From: Synechococcus elongatus PCC 6301
Lineage (GTDB): Bacteria > Cyanobacteriota > Cyanobacteriia > Synechococcales > Synechococcaceae
Length of the DNA: 32,000 nucleotides
Assembly (NCBI RefSeq): GCF_000010065.1
Contig: NC_006576.1
Coordinates: 2,640,001 to 2,672,000 of the forward strand
Direction: 5' to 3'
Shown: positions 1-9,527 of the stretch, one piece after another
Numbering within the stretch: the first letter of the stretch is position 1
Layout: each line of letters starts with the position of its first letter
Position numbers and translations under genes: made by a program
The notes under the pieces: generated by a model
The model's input: only the letters and a program-made list of their open reading frames with translations
Database searches by the model: none
What the model was told of the DNA's origin: nothing

Positions 1-1
1 A

Positions 2-34
2 CTCGATCAGCCCCGCCCGATCGCAGCTGCCTAG
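2..34 (+). CDS. Last 10 codons plus TAG of an upstream CDS cut by the window edge; product cannot be determined from the window
   Basis: Frame 2 is open from the edge (LDQPRPIAAA*). TAG is at 32-34, 24 nt before the ATG of the ABC ATPase gene. Context suggests the preceding transporter subunit, but 33 nt cannot prove it. Confidence 0.2.
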   Translation, partial: LDQPRPIAAA

Positions 35-58
35 CATTCCCTCCAGAGGACTTGTGTC

Positions 59-895
59 ATGCAAACCCTTCGTCAACAGCAGCCGATAGTTCCTTCCTCG
101 CCTGGGCATGATCCCTTTTTGATTGTGGAGAATGTCTCCAAAATCTACGAGACGCCCAAAGGCCCCTACACCGTTTTGGATGGAGTCAATCTTACAGTTC
201 AGGAAGGCGAATTTATCTGCGTGATCGGCCACTCCGGCTGTGGCAAATCGACTCTTCTGAATATGGTTTCGGGCTTCAATCAACCCTCCCACGGCTCCGT
301 GCGGTTGAAGGGTAAAGAGATCGACCGGCCCGGCCCCGATCGCATGGTGGTCTTCCAAAACTATGCGCTTTTGCCCTGGATGACCGCTTACGAAAATGTC
401 TACCTCGCGGTGGACTGCGTGAACCCCCAAATGCGGGAAGGCGAAAAGCGGGAAATTGTCCGCGAGCATCTGGCAATGGTTGGTCTAACCGAAGCCGCCG
501 AGAAAAAAATCACCCAGATCTCGGGGGGGATGAAACAGCGGGTGGCGATCGCTCGGGCGCTCTCGATTCGGCCTGAAGTGCTGATTTTGGACGAGCCGTT
601 TGGCGCACTCGATGCAATCACCAAAGAGGAATTGCAGGAAGAGCTACTCAAAATCTGGAACGATCATCGTTGCACCGTACTGATGATCACCCACGACATT
701 GATGAAGCGTTGTTCCTCGCCGATCGCTTGGTGATGATGACCAATGGGCCGGCGGCGAATATCGGTGAAATCATGACCATTCCCTTCCCTCGTCCGCGCG
801 ATCGCGAGCGGATTATGGAAGACCCGCAGTACTACGACCTGCGTAACTACGCGCTGGATTTCCTCTACAACCGATTTGCTCACGACGACGAGTAA
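59..895 (+). CDS. cmpD: ABC transporter ATP-binding subunit, NrtD/CmpD type (bicarbonate/nitrate family)
   Basis: 278 aa. Walker A GHSGCGKST, signature LSGGMKQR, Walker B LILDEPFGALD and H-loop ITHD are all present. N-terminus and length are typical of NrtD/CmpD. I chose cmpD over nrtD from my recollection of S. elongatus synteny (cmp operon followed by mazG and argB), not from the sequence alone. Confidence 0.85.
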   Translation: MQTLRQQQPIVPSSPGHDPFLIVENVSKIYETPKGPYTVLDGVNLTVQEGEFICVIGHSGCGKSTLLNMVSGFNQPSHGSVRLKGKEIDRPGPDRMVVFQNYALLPWMTAYENVYLAVDCVNPQMREGEKREIVREHLAMVGLTEAAEKKITQISGGMKQRVAIARALSIRPEVLILDEPFGALDAITKEELQEELLKIWNDHRCTVLMITHDIDEALFLADRLVMMTNGPAANIGEIMTIPFPRPRDRERIMEDPQYYDLRNYALDFLYNRFAHDDE

Positions 896-929
896 ATCAG
901 TACTCAACTCCGAACTTAGCCTCAGAGAT

Positions 930-960
930 TCCCTCTGCTCCCATGGGCGAGGGATTTTTT
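930..960 (+). terminator. Rho-independent terminator of the ABC ATPase gene
   Basis: TCCCTC (930-935) pairs with GAGGGA (949-954). The inner helix GCTC/GGGC (937-940/945-948) has one G.U pair and a 4-nt loop. A T6 tract (955-960) follows directly, 35 nt after the stop codon. Confidence 0.75.
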
Positions 961-1162
961 ACTGGGAGACAAGCCGGAATTCAAGCGAGGATCCCTCTGG
1001 GGGCCGCTGGACAAGACTTAGCAGTTGGCAGTTGAGCTGTCTTGGCAGAACGAAACTCTTACAGGACAAGTTTGTATTCCACACGGTCAGCGGGAGAGCA
1101 AAACCCTTGCCAGATGCGCGGAAATTGTGATGTGATGCGAGCGTCTATTGCGAGTTTGCTTC

Positions 1163-1732
1163 GTGCCCTCTGGACGCACTCACGATCGCCTGACCCTGTG
1201 GCTGTTGCCCGCTGTTGCGGCAGGCAGCTGGCTGATCAGCCGTCAGAGTGACCTTAGTTTGGTGCTGAGTGGCAGTTATCTATTTGCAGGGCTGATGTTT
1301 GGCCCTGACTTGGATGTGCGATCGCGGCAGTCGCAACGCTGGGGGCCACTGCGGTGGATCTGGACTCCCTATCAACGCTGCCTACGGCATCGCTCGTGGT
1401 TTTCCCACGGGCCCCTTTTGGGGACAATCGGCCGGGTTCTGTACCTCGGGGCTTGGCTACTGTTGTTGGTGCTAGTGATTGAAACAGCGATCGCGATCGG
1501 ACAGGGTGGCAACTGGGCAGGCTTGGGCGATCGCCTCAGTCAGCATCAGCAATGGATTGGGACAGAGCTGAGTCGTCGGCCAGCACTCGTTCTAGCGACC
1601 TTAGTTGGCTTAGAGCTCGGAGCCATGAGCCATAGCTTCAGCGATTGGGTAGGCTCAGCTTGGAAACGCTGGCGTCGGCCTCGTAAGACCACTCGCCGGC
1701 GTCCTGCAGCCTCCCGTTCTTCTCGGACTTAA
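1163..1732 (+). CDS. Hypothetical membrane protein, DUF2227-like (putative metal-binding protein family)
   Basis: The ORF is open from TTG 1148. The in-frame GTG at 1163 gives the N-terminus MPSGRTHDRLTLW, which I recall as typical of this family. The protein has hydrophobic segments and a basic C-terminal tail. The family assignment is from memory and should be checked with HMMs. Confidence 0.55.
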   Translation: MPSGRTHDRLTLWLLPAVAAGSWLISRQSDLSLVLSGSYLFAGLMFGPDLDVRSRQSQRWGPLRWIWTPYQRCLRHRSWFSHGPLLGTIGRVLYLGAWLLLLVLVIETAIAIGQGGNWAGLGDRLSQHQQWIGTELSRRPALVLATLVGLELGAMSHSFSDWVGSAWKRWRRPRKTTRRRPAASRSSRT

Positions 1733-1738
1733 ATCCCC

Positions 1739-2578
1739 ATGGGTGTTGATTTTTTTGAGTCGGTGCCAGCACCGAACCAAGATGCGATCGCGACAGCACT
1801 CCTGCAACTGGTTGCTGTGGTGGCGCAGCTCCGCGATCCAGAACAAGGCTGCCCCTGGGACCGCGAACAAACGCCGACCAGCCTGATTCCCTACGTGCTG
1901 GAAGAGGCCTACGAAGTCGTTCACGCCTTGCGCCAGGGCAATCCCAACGCGATCGCAGAGGAATTGGGAGACCTGCTGCTGCAAGTGGTGCTGCAAGCCC
2001 AAATTGCCAGTGAGAGCCAACAGTTTGATTTAGCAACGGTAGCCGATGGCATTACCGAGAAGCTGATCCGTCGTCATCCCCACGTGTTTGGCGAAGCGAT
2101 CGCAGAGACCCCGGAAGCGGTACAAGCAACCTGGCAAGCAATCAAAGCTCGTGAGAAAGGCGAGGTCGCGGAGACCCTGACCCACTGCCTCAGCCGCTAT
2201 GCAGCGACTCTGCCACCTTTGACGGCTGCCCTCAAGATTTCCCAGCGGGCCGCCAAGGCTGGGTTTGAGTGGCCGAATTTGGCGGGGGTCTGGGACAAGT
2301 TTGAAGAAGAGTTAGCCGAGCTGAAAGAGGCCCTCGATAGCGGCGATCGCGATCACGCCGAGGCTGAGCTGGGGGATCTGCTGTTCAGCTTGGTCAATAT
2401 TGCTCGCTGGTGCCAACTAGATCCGGTCGCAGCCCTTCAGGGCACCAACGATCGCTTTGTGGCCCGTTTCCAGAAAGTGGAGGCCGCCGCTGGTCAGTCC
2501 CTCGATAGCTTGGGCATTGAAACGTTGGAAAAACTCTGGCAACAGGCGAAACGGGAGTTAGGGCAATCCTCTGTTTAG
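1739..2578 (+). CDS. mazG: Nucleoside triphosphate pyrophosphohydrolase MazG
   Basis: 279 aa with two MazG-type repeats: EEAYEVVHAL...ELGDLLLQV and EELAELKEAL...ELGDLLFSLVN. It also carries CPWDREQT and the RHPHVF motif. Confidence 0.9.
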   Translation: MGVDFFESVPAPNQDAIATALLQLVAVVAQLRDPEQGCPWDREQTPTSLIPYVLEEAYEVVHALRQGNPNAIAEELGDLLLQVVLQAQIASESQQFDLATVADGITEKLIRRHPHVFGEAIAETPEAVQATWQAIKAREKGEVAETLTHCLSRYAATLPPLTAALKISQRAAKAGFEWPNLAGVWDKFEEELAELKEALDSGDRDHAEAELGDLLFSLVNIARWCQLDPVAALQGTNDRFVARFQKVEAAAGQSLDSLGIETLEKLWQQAKRELGQSSV

Positions 2579-2606
2579 ACGGAGGCAAAGGGCGATCGCG
2601 TCTGGA

Positions 2607-3320
2607 TTAGGGCTCTGTAGCCACTAACTGTTTGCGGATCTGCCAGCCGATCGCCACAACCAAACCGATCATCAGACTGCCAATGCCGATAAAACTCGGC
2701 AGCCAGAACGACCATTGCAGATGGTTCTCGCCAGACTGCAGCTTCCAGCACTGTCGCTGGAGCTTACCCTGCGCACTACTGGCGCTGGGCTGGGGCTGAC
2801 TGCGACTACCGCGTGGCGTTTCCAAGCAAACTTCCAGATCGAGCAGTGCCCCTGGGTCAAACAACACCTGTTGATCGCGGCGGGCGATCGCAAAATCTGA
2901 GAGATCAACGTTCAAATCGAGCTGATTGCCAATCGCCAGTAGGGCATTACTCTGGCGGACCGTCAGGCTCGGTTCCGGCAAGATCAGGGGTGTAGACTCC
3001 GGTCTTTCGAGGGGAGAGTAGAGCTGAGCGAATTTCGTTTCGAGATCGCGGCCATTATCAAAGGGAAGAGTCAGCCACCACTCATTGCGATCGCGCCGTA
3101 CTTTGCCACCCAGTTGTTTGCCACGCTGGGAAAGTTGCTGAAACCACTGCTGAGCTGCAGGTCGATTTAGGGCACTGAGGCGATCGTTCAGCTTCACATG
3201 TTGGATCAATTCACCGGCCGTTTGCCCTTGAAAGCGAATCGTCGTTTCTGCTTGGACACAGCCACCAAGCGCCACAGTCAACAGCAAGCAGAGCAGGGGC
3301 AACAGACGACGGAAGGCCAC
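2607..3320 (-). CDS. Hypothetical lipoprotein with a C-terminal transmembrane helix
   Basis: GTG start at 3320 is preceded by GGAG. The signal peptide has a lipobox (LTVALGGC). The C-terminal hydrophobic helix is WLPSFIGIGSLMIGLVVAIGW. I recognise no catalytic motif. Confidence 0.6.
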   Translation of the reverse strand: MAFRRLLPLLCLLLTVALGGCVQAETTIRFQGQTAGELIQHVKLNDRLSALNRPAAQQWFQQLSQRGKQLGGKVRRDRNEWWLTLPFDNGRDLETKFAQLYSPLERPESTPLILPEPSLTVRQSNALLAIGNQLDLNVDLSDFAIARRDQQVLFDPGALLDLEVCLETPRGSRSQPQPSASSAQGKLQRQCWKLQSGENHLQWSFWLPSFIGIGSLMIGLVVAIGWQIRKQLVATEP

Positions 3321-3347
3321 AGGAACTCCTAGGAAGATGCCGAAGCT

Positions 3348-3875
3348 TCAGGTTGGACGAAACAAGATCCAACCCAACAACGCTATCAAGAACAGCAAGC
3401 CAAACCCAAGGAAGCGATTATCGCGGGTGTTGATCCGGTTGAGGTCATCGACTGGCGTCAGCCGATAGTCTGGCTCTTTCTCCTCTTTGGCCGAGCCACC
3501 CGGTGCCTGCCGCAGTTTTGCCAGAGTATCCTCCGACAGGCTGGTCAGGTCAGGAATCTCCACCTGCCAGTCAGCCCTCCGTTCCAGTCGCGGGGCTTCG
3601 AGGATATAGAGCAGTTGGGCCGCGAGTTGTCGCTGTTCGCGCAGGGGATGTTTCGCCAGTTGGCGACAGACTGTTTTGGCCGCCTCAATGTCTCCGATCG
3701 CTTGATAGGCGGTGGCCAACCAGTAGCGAATCTCTGCACCGATCGCGCTGGCCACCGCAGCCTGCTCAGCAGCGGTTTCGAGGGCAGCGATCGCCTGCCG
3801 ATAGTCACCGCGAGCGATCGCCGCTTGCCCGATTGCTAGCCCCTGCTCTGTCGAGACGGAATTGCGATCGCTCAT
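3348..3875 (-). CDS. Hypothetical TPR-like protein with a C-terminal membrane anchor
   Basis: 175 aa. N-terminal TPR-like helices ([11 protein letters not shown]..., [16 protein letters not shown]) and a C-terminal TM helix ([18 protein letters not shown]). Its ATG overlaps the argB stop codon (ATGA at 3872-3875). Confidence 0.6.
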   Translation of the reverse strand: MSDRNSVSTEQGLAIGQAAIARGDYRQAIAALETAAEQAAVASAIGAEIRYWLATAYQAIGDIEAAKTVCRQLAKHPLREQRQLAAQLLYILEAPRLERRADWQVEIPDLTSLSEDTLAKLRQAPGGSAKEEKEPDYRLTPVDDLNRINTRDNRFLGFGLLFLIALLGWILFRPT

Positions 3876-4777
3876 TGCCAGGGTTGATGGGCCTCGTGGT
3901 AGCCCGAGCCAACAATCATCGTGCCAATGCCCGCATCCGTGAAAATCTCCAGCAGCAGCGCATGGGGAATTCGACCATCAATGATGTGAGCAGCCCGTAC
4001 GCCTTGAGCGAGAGATCGGATACAACAATCCACCTTAGGAATCATGCCGCCACCGACAATCCCTTGGGCAATCAGTTCGCGGCTTTGGGGGATGTTGAGA
4101 CGGGGAATCAGGCTTTCGGGACGTTTGGGATCTTCGAGGATGCCACGGGTATCCGTCAGCAAAATCAGTTTTTCTGCATTCAGAGCTGCGGCAATTTCAC
4201 CGGCGACGGTATCTGCGTTGATGTTGAAGGATTGGCCGTTTTCATCGGCAGCAACGCTAGAAATGACGGGAATGTAACCGCGCTCCAGCAGCGGCTCAAT
4301 CACTTCGCTGTTGACGCTGTTGACTTCGCCGACAAAACCAATCCCTTCCTGATCGTGGGGACGCGCTAGGACCAGACGACCATCGGTACCACAGAAACCA
4401 ACGGCCCGTCCGCCTGTGGTATTGATCCGCGAGACGATGTCTTTATTGACGCGGCCAACCAGCACCATCTCGACCACTTCCATGGTGTCGGCATCGGTGA
4501 CTCGGAGACCGTTATGGAACTGAGGCTCAATCCCAACCCGCCCCAGCCAAGCGTTAATTTCTGGCCCGCCACCGTGAACCACAACGGGGCGCATGCCCAC
4601 ACAGGCCAAGAAGACGATGTCACGCATCACCGCTTCCTTCAGCTCTTCCTGCTTCATGGCAGCGCCGCCATATTTGACGACGACGGTACGCCCAGCAAAC
4701 TGCTGGAGGTAGGGTAGAGCTTCGCTGAGAATGCGAACGCGATCGGCTGCGCCTGCTTCGATAAACTCGCTAGACAT
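3872..4777 (-). CDS. argB: N-acetylglutamate kinase
   Basis: 301 aa. Motifs [32 protein letters not shown] and GGMIPKV are typical of ArgB of the PII-regulated cyanobacterial type. Confidence 0.95.
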   Translation of the reverse strand: MSSEFIEAGAADRVRILSEALPYLQQFAGRTVVVKYGGAAMKQEELKEAVMRDIVFLACVGMRPVVVHGGGPEINAWLGRVGIEPQFHNGLRVTDADTMEVVEMVLVGRVNKDIVSRINTTGGRAVGFCGTDGRLVLARPHDQEGIGFVGEVNSVNSEVIEPLLERGYIPVISSVAADENGQSFNINADTVAGEIAAALNAEKLILLTDTRGILEDPKRPESLIPRLNIPQSRELIAQGIVGGGMIPKVDCCIRSLAQGVRAAHIIDGRIPHALLLEIFTDAGIGTMIVGSGYHEAHQPWQ

Positions 4778-5330
4778 CGGCGGGCACCTCAGCGGTGACG
4801 ATCAGGGCGACTTCCACGCGATCGCTCGTGGGTTGGGTGACTTCTGCCCGTAGTCCAGGCCCAAAGAAACGGCCAATGCGCTCCTGCTTTTCTTTCCAAG
4901 TCTCAAAGTCCACATGGGGAGACGCAAAATCGAGCACGAGCGTGTAGGCTCCCTCGCGATTTTCCTCCCGCAGCGCCACAAGTTCGGGGCGTTCGTCGTC
5001 ACTGGGACTCAGCCCCAACTTTTCGAGGGCCACATCTAAGTGCGCTTCTTGCCCGTAGCGGAACCGAGTCACATCTTGGCGGACTTGATTTTGAGTTTTG
5101 GTTGCTTGGGCTTTGCGGAGCTGGATCACCTCAGCGGCAGCCCTAGCTAAGGGTACAGGTTTCAGTTCGGCCGATTTGAGCGCCAAGCCCCCCAACAGTA
5201 AGGGAATGCCGTAGAAAAAACCCGCCAAGTTGAGGGTGGCGTTATCGATGACGAAGTAAGCGTAGAAACCCACTAGGGTCAGGGCGGTACCGATGACGGT
5301 CAGGAGATTGCCAAGGGGAAAACCGAGCAT
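4770..5330 (-). CDS. Conserved hypothetical membrane protein (two N-terminal TM helices plus a soluble domain)
   Basis: 186 aa. There are two clear hydrophobic helices in the first 55 residues, then a charged domain. Its stop codon (TAG 4770-4772) lies 8 nt inside argB. Confidence 0.65.
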   Translation of the reverse strand: MLGFPLGNLLTVIGTALTLVGFYAYFVIDNATLNLAGFFYGIPLLLGGLALKSAELKPVPLARAAAEVIQLRKAQATKTQNQVRQDVTRFRYGQEAHLDVALEKLGLSPSDDERPELVALREENREGAYTLVLDFASPHVDFETWKEKQERIGRFFGPGLRAEVTQPTSDRVEVALIVTAEVPADV

Positions 5331-5431
5331 GCGCGTCCAGCAGACAAGACTCTTCCAATCCTAAGATGTTGGCGATCGCTCCTTGAGATTTCCAGCAGCG
5401 GTCAAGATAGAACGAGTGCTTTACTGCTGCA

Positions 5432-5635
5432 ATGACTGACGACTCGCGATCGCTCTCTGACCAAATCCGCCAGCGCCTCACGCTGCTGCGCCAGCAACGC
5501 CAAGTGCTGGTGACGCTCCAAGGCCAAAACCTTGGCGAACTCCAATTGGATGTGGAGCAGGCCTTGGTGGAGCTCGATGACTTGCTGCAGGAAGGCGATC
5601 GCCTCTTCCCCACAACAGTCACGCCGGACGCCTAG
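5432..5635 (+). CDS. Small hypothetical coiled-coil protein (67 aa)
   Basis: ATG start. The composition is L/Q/E/R-rich and heptad-like, which is plausible for a real protein. The overlapping 126-aa minus-strand ORF is W/R/S-rich junk. I see no recognisable SD sequence. Confidence 0.4.
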   Translation: MTDDSRSLSDQIRQRLTLLRQQRQVLVTLQGQNLGELQLDVEQALVELDDLLQEGDRLFPTTVTPDA

Positions 5636-5783
5636 AGCAAGACGTTGCTGAACGATCGCCTCAACCTTGAGTCCTTGGCCTGAACTCTACCGAGTCAGGA
5701 TTGCTAGGGGAGGGGCGTTAAGTCAGGGCGATCGCAGGCTGTTTCTGGACGGTAGTGAGGCGATCGCTGCTGACTACGGCGAT

Positions 5784-5812
5784 AAAAAAGCGACTCCCAA
5801 TTTGGAAGCCGC
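5784..5812 (-). terminator. Rho-independent terminator of petF
   Basis: The minus-strand RNA reads GCGGCUUCC-AAAUU-GGGAGUCGC: a 9-bp stem with two G.U pairs and a 5-nt loop (5790-5812). It is followed by U6 (5784-5789), about 45 nt after the petF stop codon. Confidence 0.8.
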
Positions 5813-5855
5813 AATTTGATTTGAATTCTAAGGATTGAAGCAGTCGAAGCAAGAC

Positions 5856-6386
<531 letters not shown>

Positions 6387-6403
6387 CTAAGCATTAGTGA
6401 GAT

Positions 6404-7303
6404 TTATCGTTCCGGCCGAAAATCCGCGACCAAACGACACCAATCTCCCTGACTGGCGCGATCGCGGATCACCCAACCGTACTCTTCCAAAGTGACGCTG
6501 ACAGTGTCGGCTTGACTGGTTAGCAAGCCGCTAAAGATTGCCCAGCTGCCAGGACTAGCCAACTCAGACAGCGTCGGTGTTAGAGCTTGGATGATGTGCG
6601 CCAAGATGTTGCACAAAAAGCCGTCAAATCGAACGCCCTGCGCATGCAGCGGCTGCAGTTGATCCGCACTGCCGATCGCGGTCCAGAAGCGATCGCCTTC
6701 CAAATCATTTAAGGCGGCGTTAGCTTGGGTTGCCCCAACCGCGAGGGGATCGGTGTCCACCGCGTAGACCTGTTTGGCCCCGAGCAGCAGTGCCCCGATC
6801 GCCAAAATGCCAGAGCCACAGCCGACATCGGCGATCACCTTGTCGGCAACCGGAACCGTTTCCAGCCCCTCTAAACAAAGCTGCGTGGTGGGATGAGCTC
6901 CGGTACCAAAGGCGGTGCCGGGATCAAGCTGCAGCAGCAAGCGATCGCTGGGTTCTGGTTCCAACCAGGCTGGTTGAATCAAGAAGCGATCGCCCAGCTC
7001 TTGGGGTTGCCAGTGGCGTTTCCAGCTCTCAGACCAATCCTCTTCATCGAGGGTCTGCCAGCTCAAACTGGGTGTGGGCAAGCCGAGATCCGCAGCATCA
7101 GCATTGATCTCTTGCAGGAGGCGATCGCGAATCGTCTCCTCCCACAGCTCCGCCGGAAAATAGCTATGGACTTGCAAGCCTTGGGCTTTGCTTTCACAGA
7201 CAAAACCCCGTCCCCCCGCCTCTGACAGCCGCCAATAGAGTAGGTCTTCCAGCAGGGGGTCGCAGTGAACCTCGACCTGCCACCACGATTGACTGACTGG
7301 CAC
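6404..7303 (-). CDS. prmA: Ribosomal protein L11 methyltransferase
   Basis: 299 aa. SAM-binding motif DVGCGSGILAIGALLLGA..VYAVDTDPLAV. GTG start at 7303 overlaps the serA TAG by 1 nt. Confidence 0.88.
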   Translation of the reverse strand: MPVSQSWWQVEVHCDPLLEDLLYWRLSEAGGRGFVCESKAQGLQVHSYFPAELWEETIRDRLLQEINADAADLGLPTPSLSWQTLDEEDWSESWKRHWQPQELGDRFLIQPAWLEPEPSDRLLLQLDPGTAFGTGAHPTTQLCLEGLETVPVADKVIADVGCGSGILAIGALLLGAKQVYAVDTDPLAVGATQANAALNDLEGDRFWTAIGSADQLQPLHAQGVRFDGFLCNILAHIIQALTPTLSELASPGSWAIFSGLLTSQADTVSVTLEEYGWVIRDRASQGDWCRLVADFRPER

Positions 7304-8892
7304 TAGAGCACCACCGTGTAGGCGTCACTGATGCCAGCTACCTTGGTGATTTCCGCCAAGATGCCTTCCGGCAGCGGATCATCCAAGCTCAGTACCATCA
7401 CCGCGTCGCCGCGCACAATCCGGCGTCCGACCTGCATGCTGGCGATATTGACGTTAAAGCTCCCCAAGAGCGAGCCGATCTTGCCGATGATGCCGGGCAT
7501 ATCGCGGTGGCGTGTGAACAGCATGTAGCGGCTGGGCGGCACGTTGACCGGAAACTCATCGACATTGGTGATTCGAATTTCGCCATCACCGAGCAGAGCA
7601 CCCATGACGCGGTGTTCGCCATTGGAGCCGGTCGCCACCAGTTGCAGCGAACCGCCAGCGTAGTCATCGCGGACGGATTCATCCCGCGTTTCGATGATCC
7701 GAATGCCCCGCTCTTTGGCTTCGATCATGGCGTTAACGTAGTTGACCCGCTCGCGCAGCGCTTGGGTCAGTAAGCCTTTGAGGGCGGCAACCACGATCGG
7801 CTGGCTCTGTTGCGCGGCTAATTCCCCTTGCAGTCGCACCGTCAGCTGTTCCAAGCGGCCACCGGCGACTTGGCTGAGCAGGTTGCCGAGGGTTTCCGCC
7901 AGCTGCAAGTAGGGCCGTAGTTTTTCCAGAATGTCTGGGTAGAGCCCGGGAATGTTGACTGCCGAGCGCGCTGGTAGCCCCAGCAAGACGTCCCGGATTT
8001 GTTCAGCCACATCAACCGCAACGTTGACCTGGGCTTCCGTCGTCGAAGCGCCGAGGTGCGGCGTCAGGATCAGGTTTTTGCCCAAGGCCCGCAGGGGGGA
8101 ATCGGCTTGGAGCGGTTCTTGGTCGTAAACATCGAGGGCTGCCCCGCCAATTTTGCCAGCAGCGATCGCGTCAGCCAAGGCCTGCTCATTAATCACGCCG
8201 CCGCGAGCACAGTTGATGATCCGAGTCGTCGGCTTCATCTTCGCCAAAGTCTCGGCATTGATCAGATTGGCAGTTTCTGGCGTTTTGGGAATGTGGAGGG
8301 TGATGTAGTCCGCTTCTTGGAAGAGGATGTCCAGTTCCACCAACCGAGCACCAATTTGCTCAGCTCGCTCAGCTGAAATGAAGGGATCGTAGGCGAGCAA
8401 TTTCATGCCCATCGCCTTGGCGACCGTGGCGACGTGGGAGCCGATTTTACCCAAGCCAACGACACCGAGGGTTTTCTTGTAGACTTCAGTGCCGACAAAG
8501 CTCTTGCGATCCCAGCCGCCCGATTTAGTCGAAGCGTTGGCATCGGGAATATGCCGCGACAGCGACAGCATCATCGCCAGCGTATGTTCGGCTGCTGCAA
8601 TCGTGTTGCCTTCCGGCGAGTTGACCACAACGATGCCGCGCCGCGTTGCCGCTGGAACATCGACGTTATCGACCCCAACTCCAGCCCGACCAATGATCCG
8701 TAGCTTTTGACCGGCCTCAATCACTTCTGCGGTGACACGAGTGCCCGATCGCAGCATCAGCGCATCGTATTCGCCAATGATTTGCGCCAGTTCGGACGGC
8801 GACAATCCCGTCTTGACGTCTACCTGAGCGACTTGCGAGAGAATGTCGAGACCGACCTGATCGATGGGGTCGGAGACCAGAACCTTGGGCAT
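7303..8892 (-). CDS. serA: D-3-phosphoglycerate dehydrogenase (long form with ACT domain)
   Basis: Trimmed to the ATG at 8892 (MPKVLVSDPID...). NAD-binding motif GVVGLGKIGSHVA, catalytic R/E/H context, and a C-terminal ACT-like domain. Confidence 0.93.
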   Translation of the reverse strand: MPKVLVSDPIDQVGLDILSQVAQVDVKTGLSPSELAQIIGEYDALMLRSGTRVTAEVIEAGQKLRIIGRAGVGVDNVDVPAATRRGIVVVNSPEGNTIAAAEHTLAMMLSLSRHIPDANASTKSGGWDRKSFVGTEVYKKTLGVVGLGKIGSHVATVAKAMGMKLLAYDPFISAERAEQIGARLVELDILFQEADYITLHIPKTPETANLINAETLAKMKPTTRIINCARGGVINEQALADAIAAGKIGGAALDVYDQEPLQADSPLRALGKNLILTPHLGASTTEAQVNVAVDVAEQIRDVLLGLPARSAVNIPGLYPDILEKLRPYLQLAETLGNLLSQVAGGRLEQLTVRLQGELAAQQSQPIVVAALKGLLTQALRERVNYVNAMIEAKERGIRIIETRDESVRDDYAGGSLQLVATGSNGEHRVMGALLGDGEIRITNVDEFPVNVPPSRYMLFTRHRDMPGIIGKIGSLLGSFNVNIASMQVGRRIVRGDAVMVLSLDDPLPEGILAEITKVAGISDAYTVVL

Positions 8893-9014
8893 GGTGAGCC
8901 AACGAGCGACAGGAATGGACGATCCGCAGATTCGCCCGATCATTCATTCTAAAGGTGGCGTGGGCTGTGCCCCATGCTCGCAAGCGGCGAATTCTGCAAC
9001 CCAACCCCGAACCT

Positions 9015-9527
9015 ATGACCTACCTGATTGCTGTTTTGCGCGATCGCCCCACGGTGGAAGCAGCCTGCGCTGCTTTGGCTGAAACCGGCTGGTCAAGCGA
9101 CTTCTGGAGCGTGGTGGGTGAAGGCTGGGAAAGTAGCGATCGCTTCGGTTTGCTCAATCCTAAGCAGCGATCGCGGCAACGGGTGCGCTGGATGGCGACT
9201 TGGCTGGTGCCCTTTGGTTTTGCAGGTGGTTTGGTCTTCAGCAAAATTACGGGGCTAGAAACCTTTGCTTGGGCAGGGCCAGTCGGCAATGACCTCGTGG
9301 GGGGCGTGCTAGGTGCCTTGTCGGGCTTGATGGGCAGCGCTTTCATCGGTGGTGGTTTCGGCGTTGGTAACCTGTCGGGTTTTGATCCGCTGCCATTCCG
9401 CAATCGGCTTGAGGAAGGCAAGTTCGTGCTGATTCTGCGGGGCAACGATGCTGTGACCACTCAAGCCTGGCGTCTGCTGCGATCGGTCAATCCGGAGTCC
9501 TTGCAAACCGTCGAGGAGAGTCTGTAG
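9015..9527 (+). CDS. Hypothetical glycine-zipper membrane protein (DUF1269/YflT-like)
   Basis: Trimmed to the ATG at 9015 (MTYLIAVLRDRP...). It has a Gly-rich hydrophobic core (GGVLGALSGLMGSAFIGGGFGVG). Its TAG stop abuts the next ATG (TAGATG at 9525-9530). The family assignment is from memory. Confidence 0.55.
   Translation: MTYLIAVLRDRPTVEAACAALAETGWSSDFWSVVGEGWESSDRFGLLNPKQRSRQRVRWMATWLVPFGFAGGLVFSKITGLETFAWAGPVGNDLVGGVLGALSGLMGSAFIGGGFGVGNLSGFDPLPFRNRLEEGKFVLILRGNDAVTTQAWRLLRSVNPESLQTVEESL

Noticed and set aside
876-1251. 84-aa and 69-aa plus-strand ORFs between the ABC ATPase gene and the DUF2227-like gene
   Set aside because: The first starts inside the preceding gene and spans its terminator. 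The second overlaps the next gene out of frame. Neither has a protein-like composition.
3503-4369. 288-aa plus-strand ORF antisense to argB and the TPR-like gene
   Set aside because: It is fully antisense to two well-supported genes. Its R/P/S/A-rich low-complexity composition is typical of shadow ORFs in GC-rich DNA. It has no recognisable motifs.
5242-5622. 126-aa minus-strand ORF overlapping the small coiled-coil ORF
   Set aside because: Its W/R/S-rich composition looks non-coding. The plus-strand 67-aa ORF looks more protein-like.
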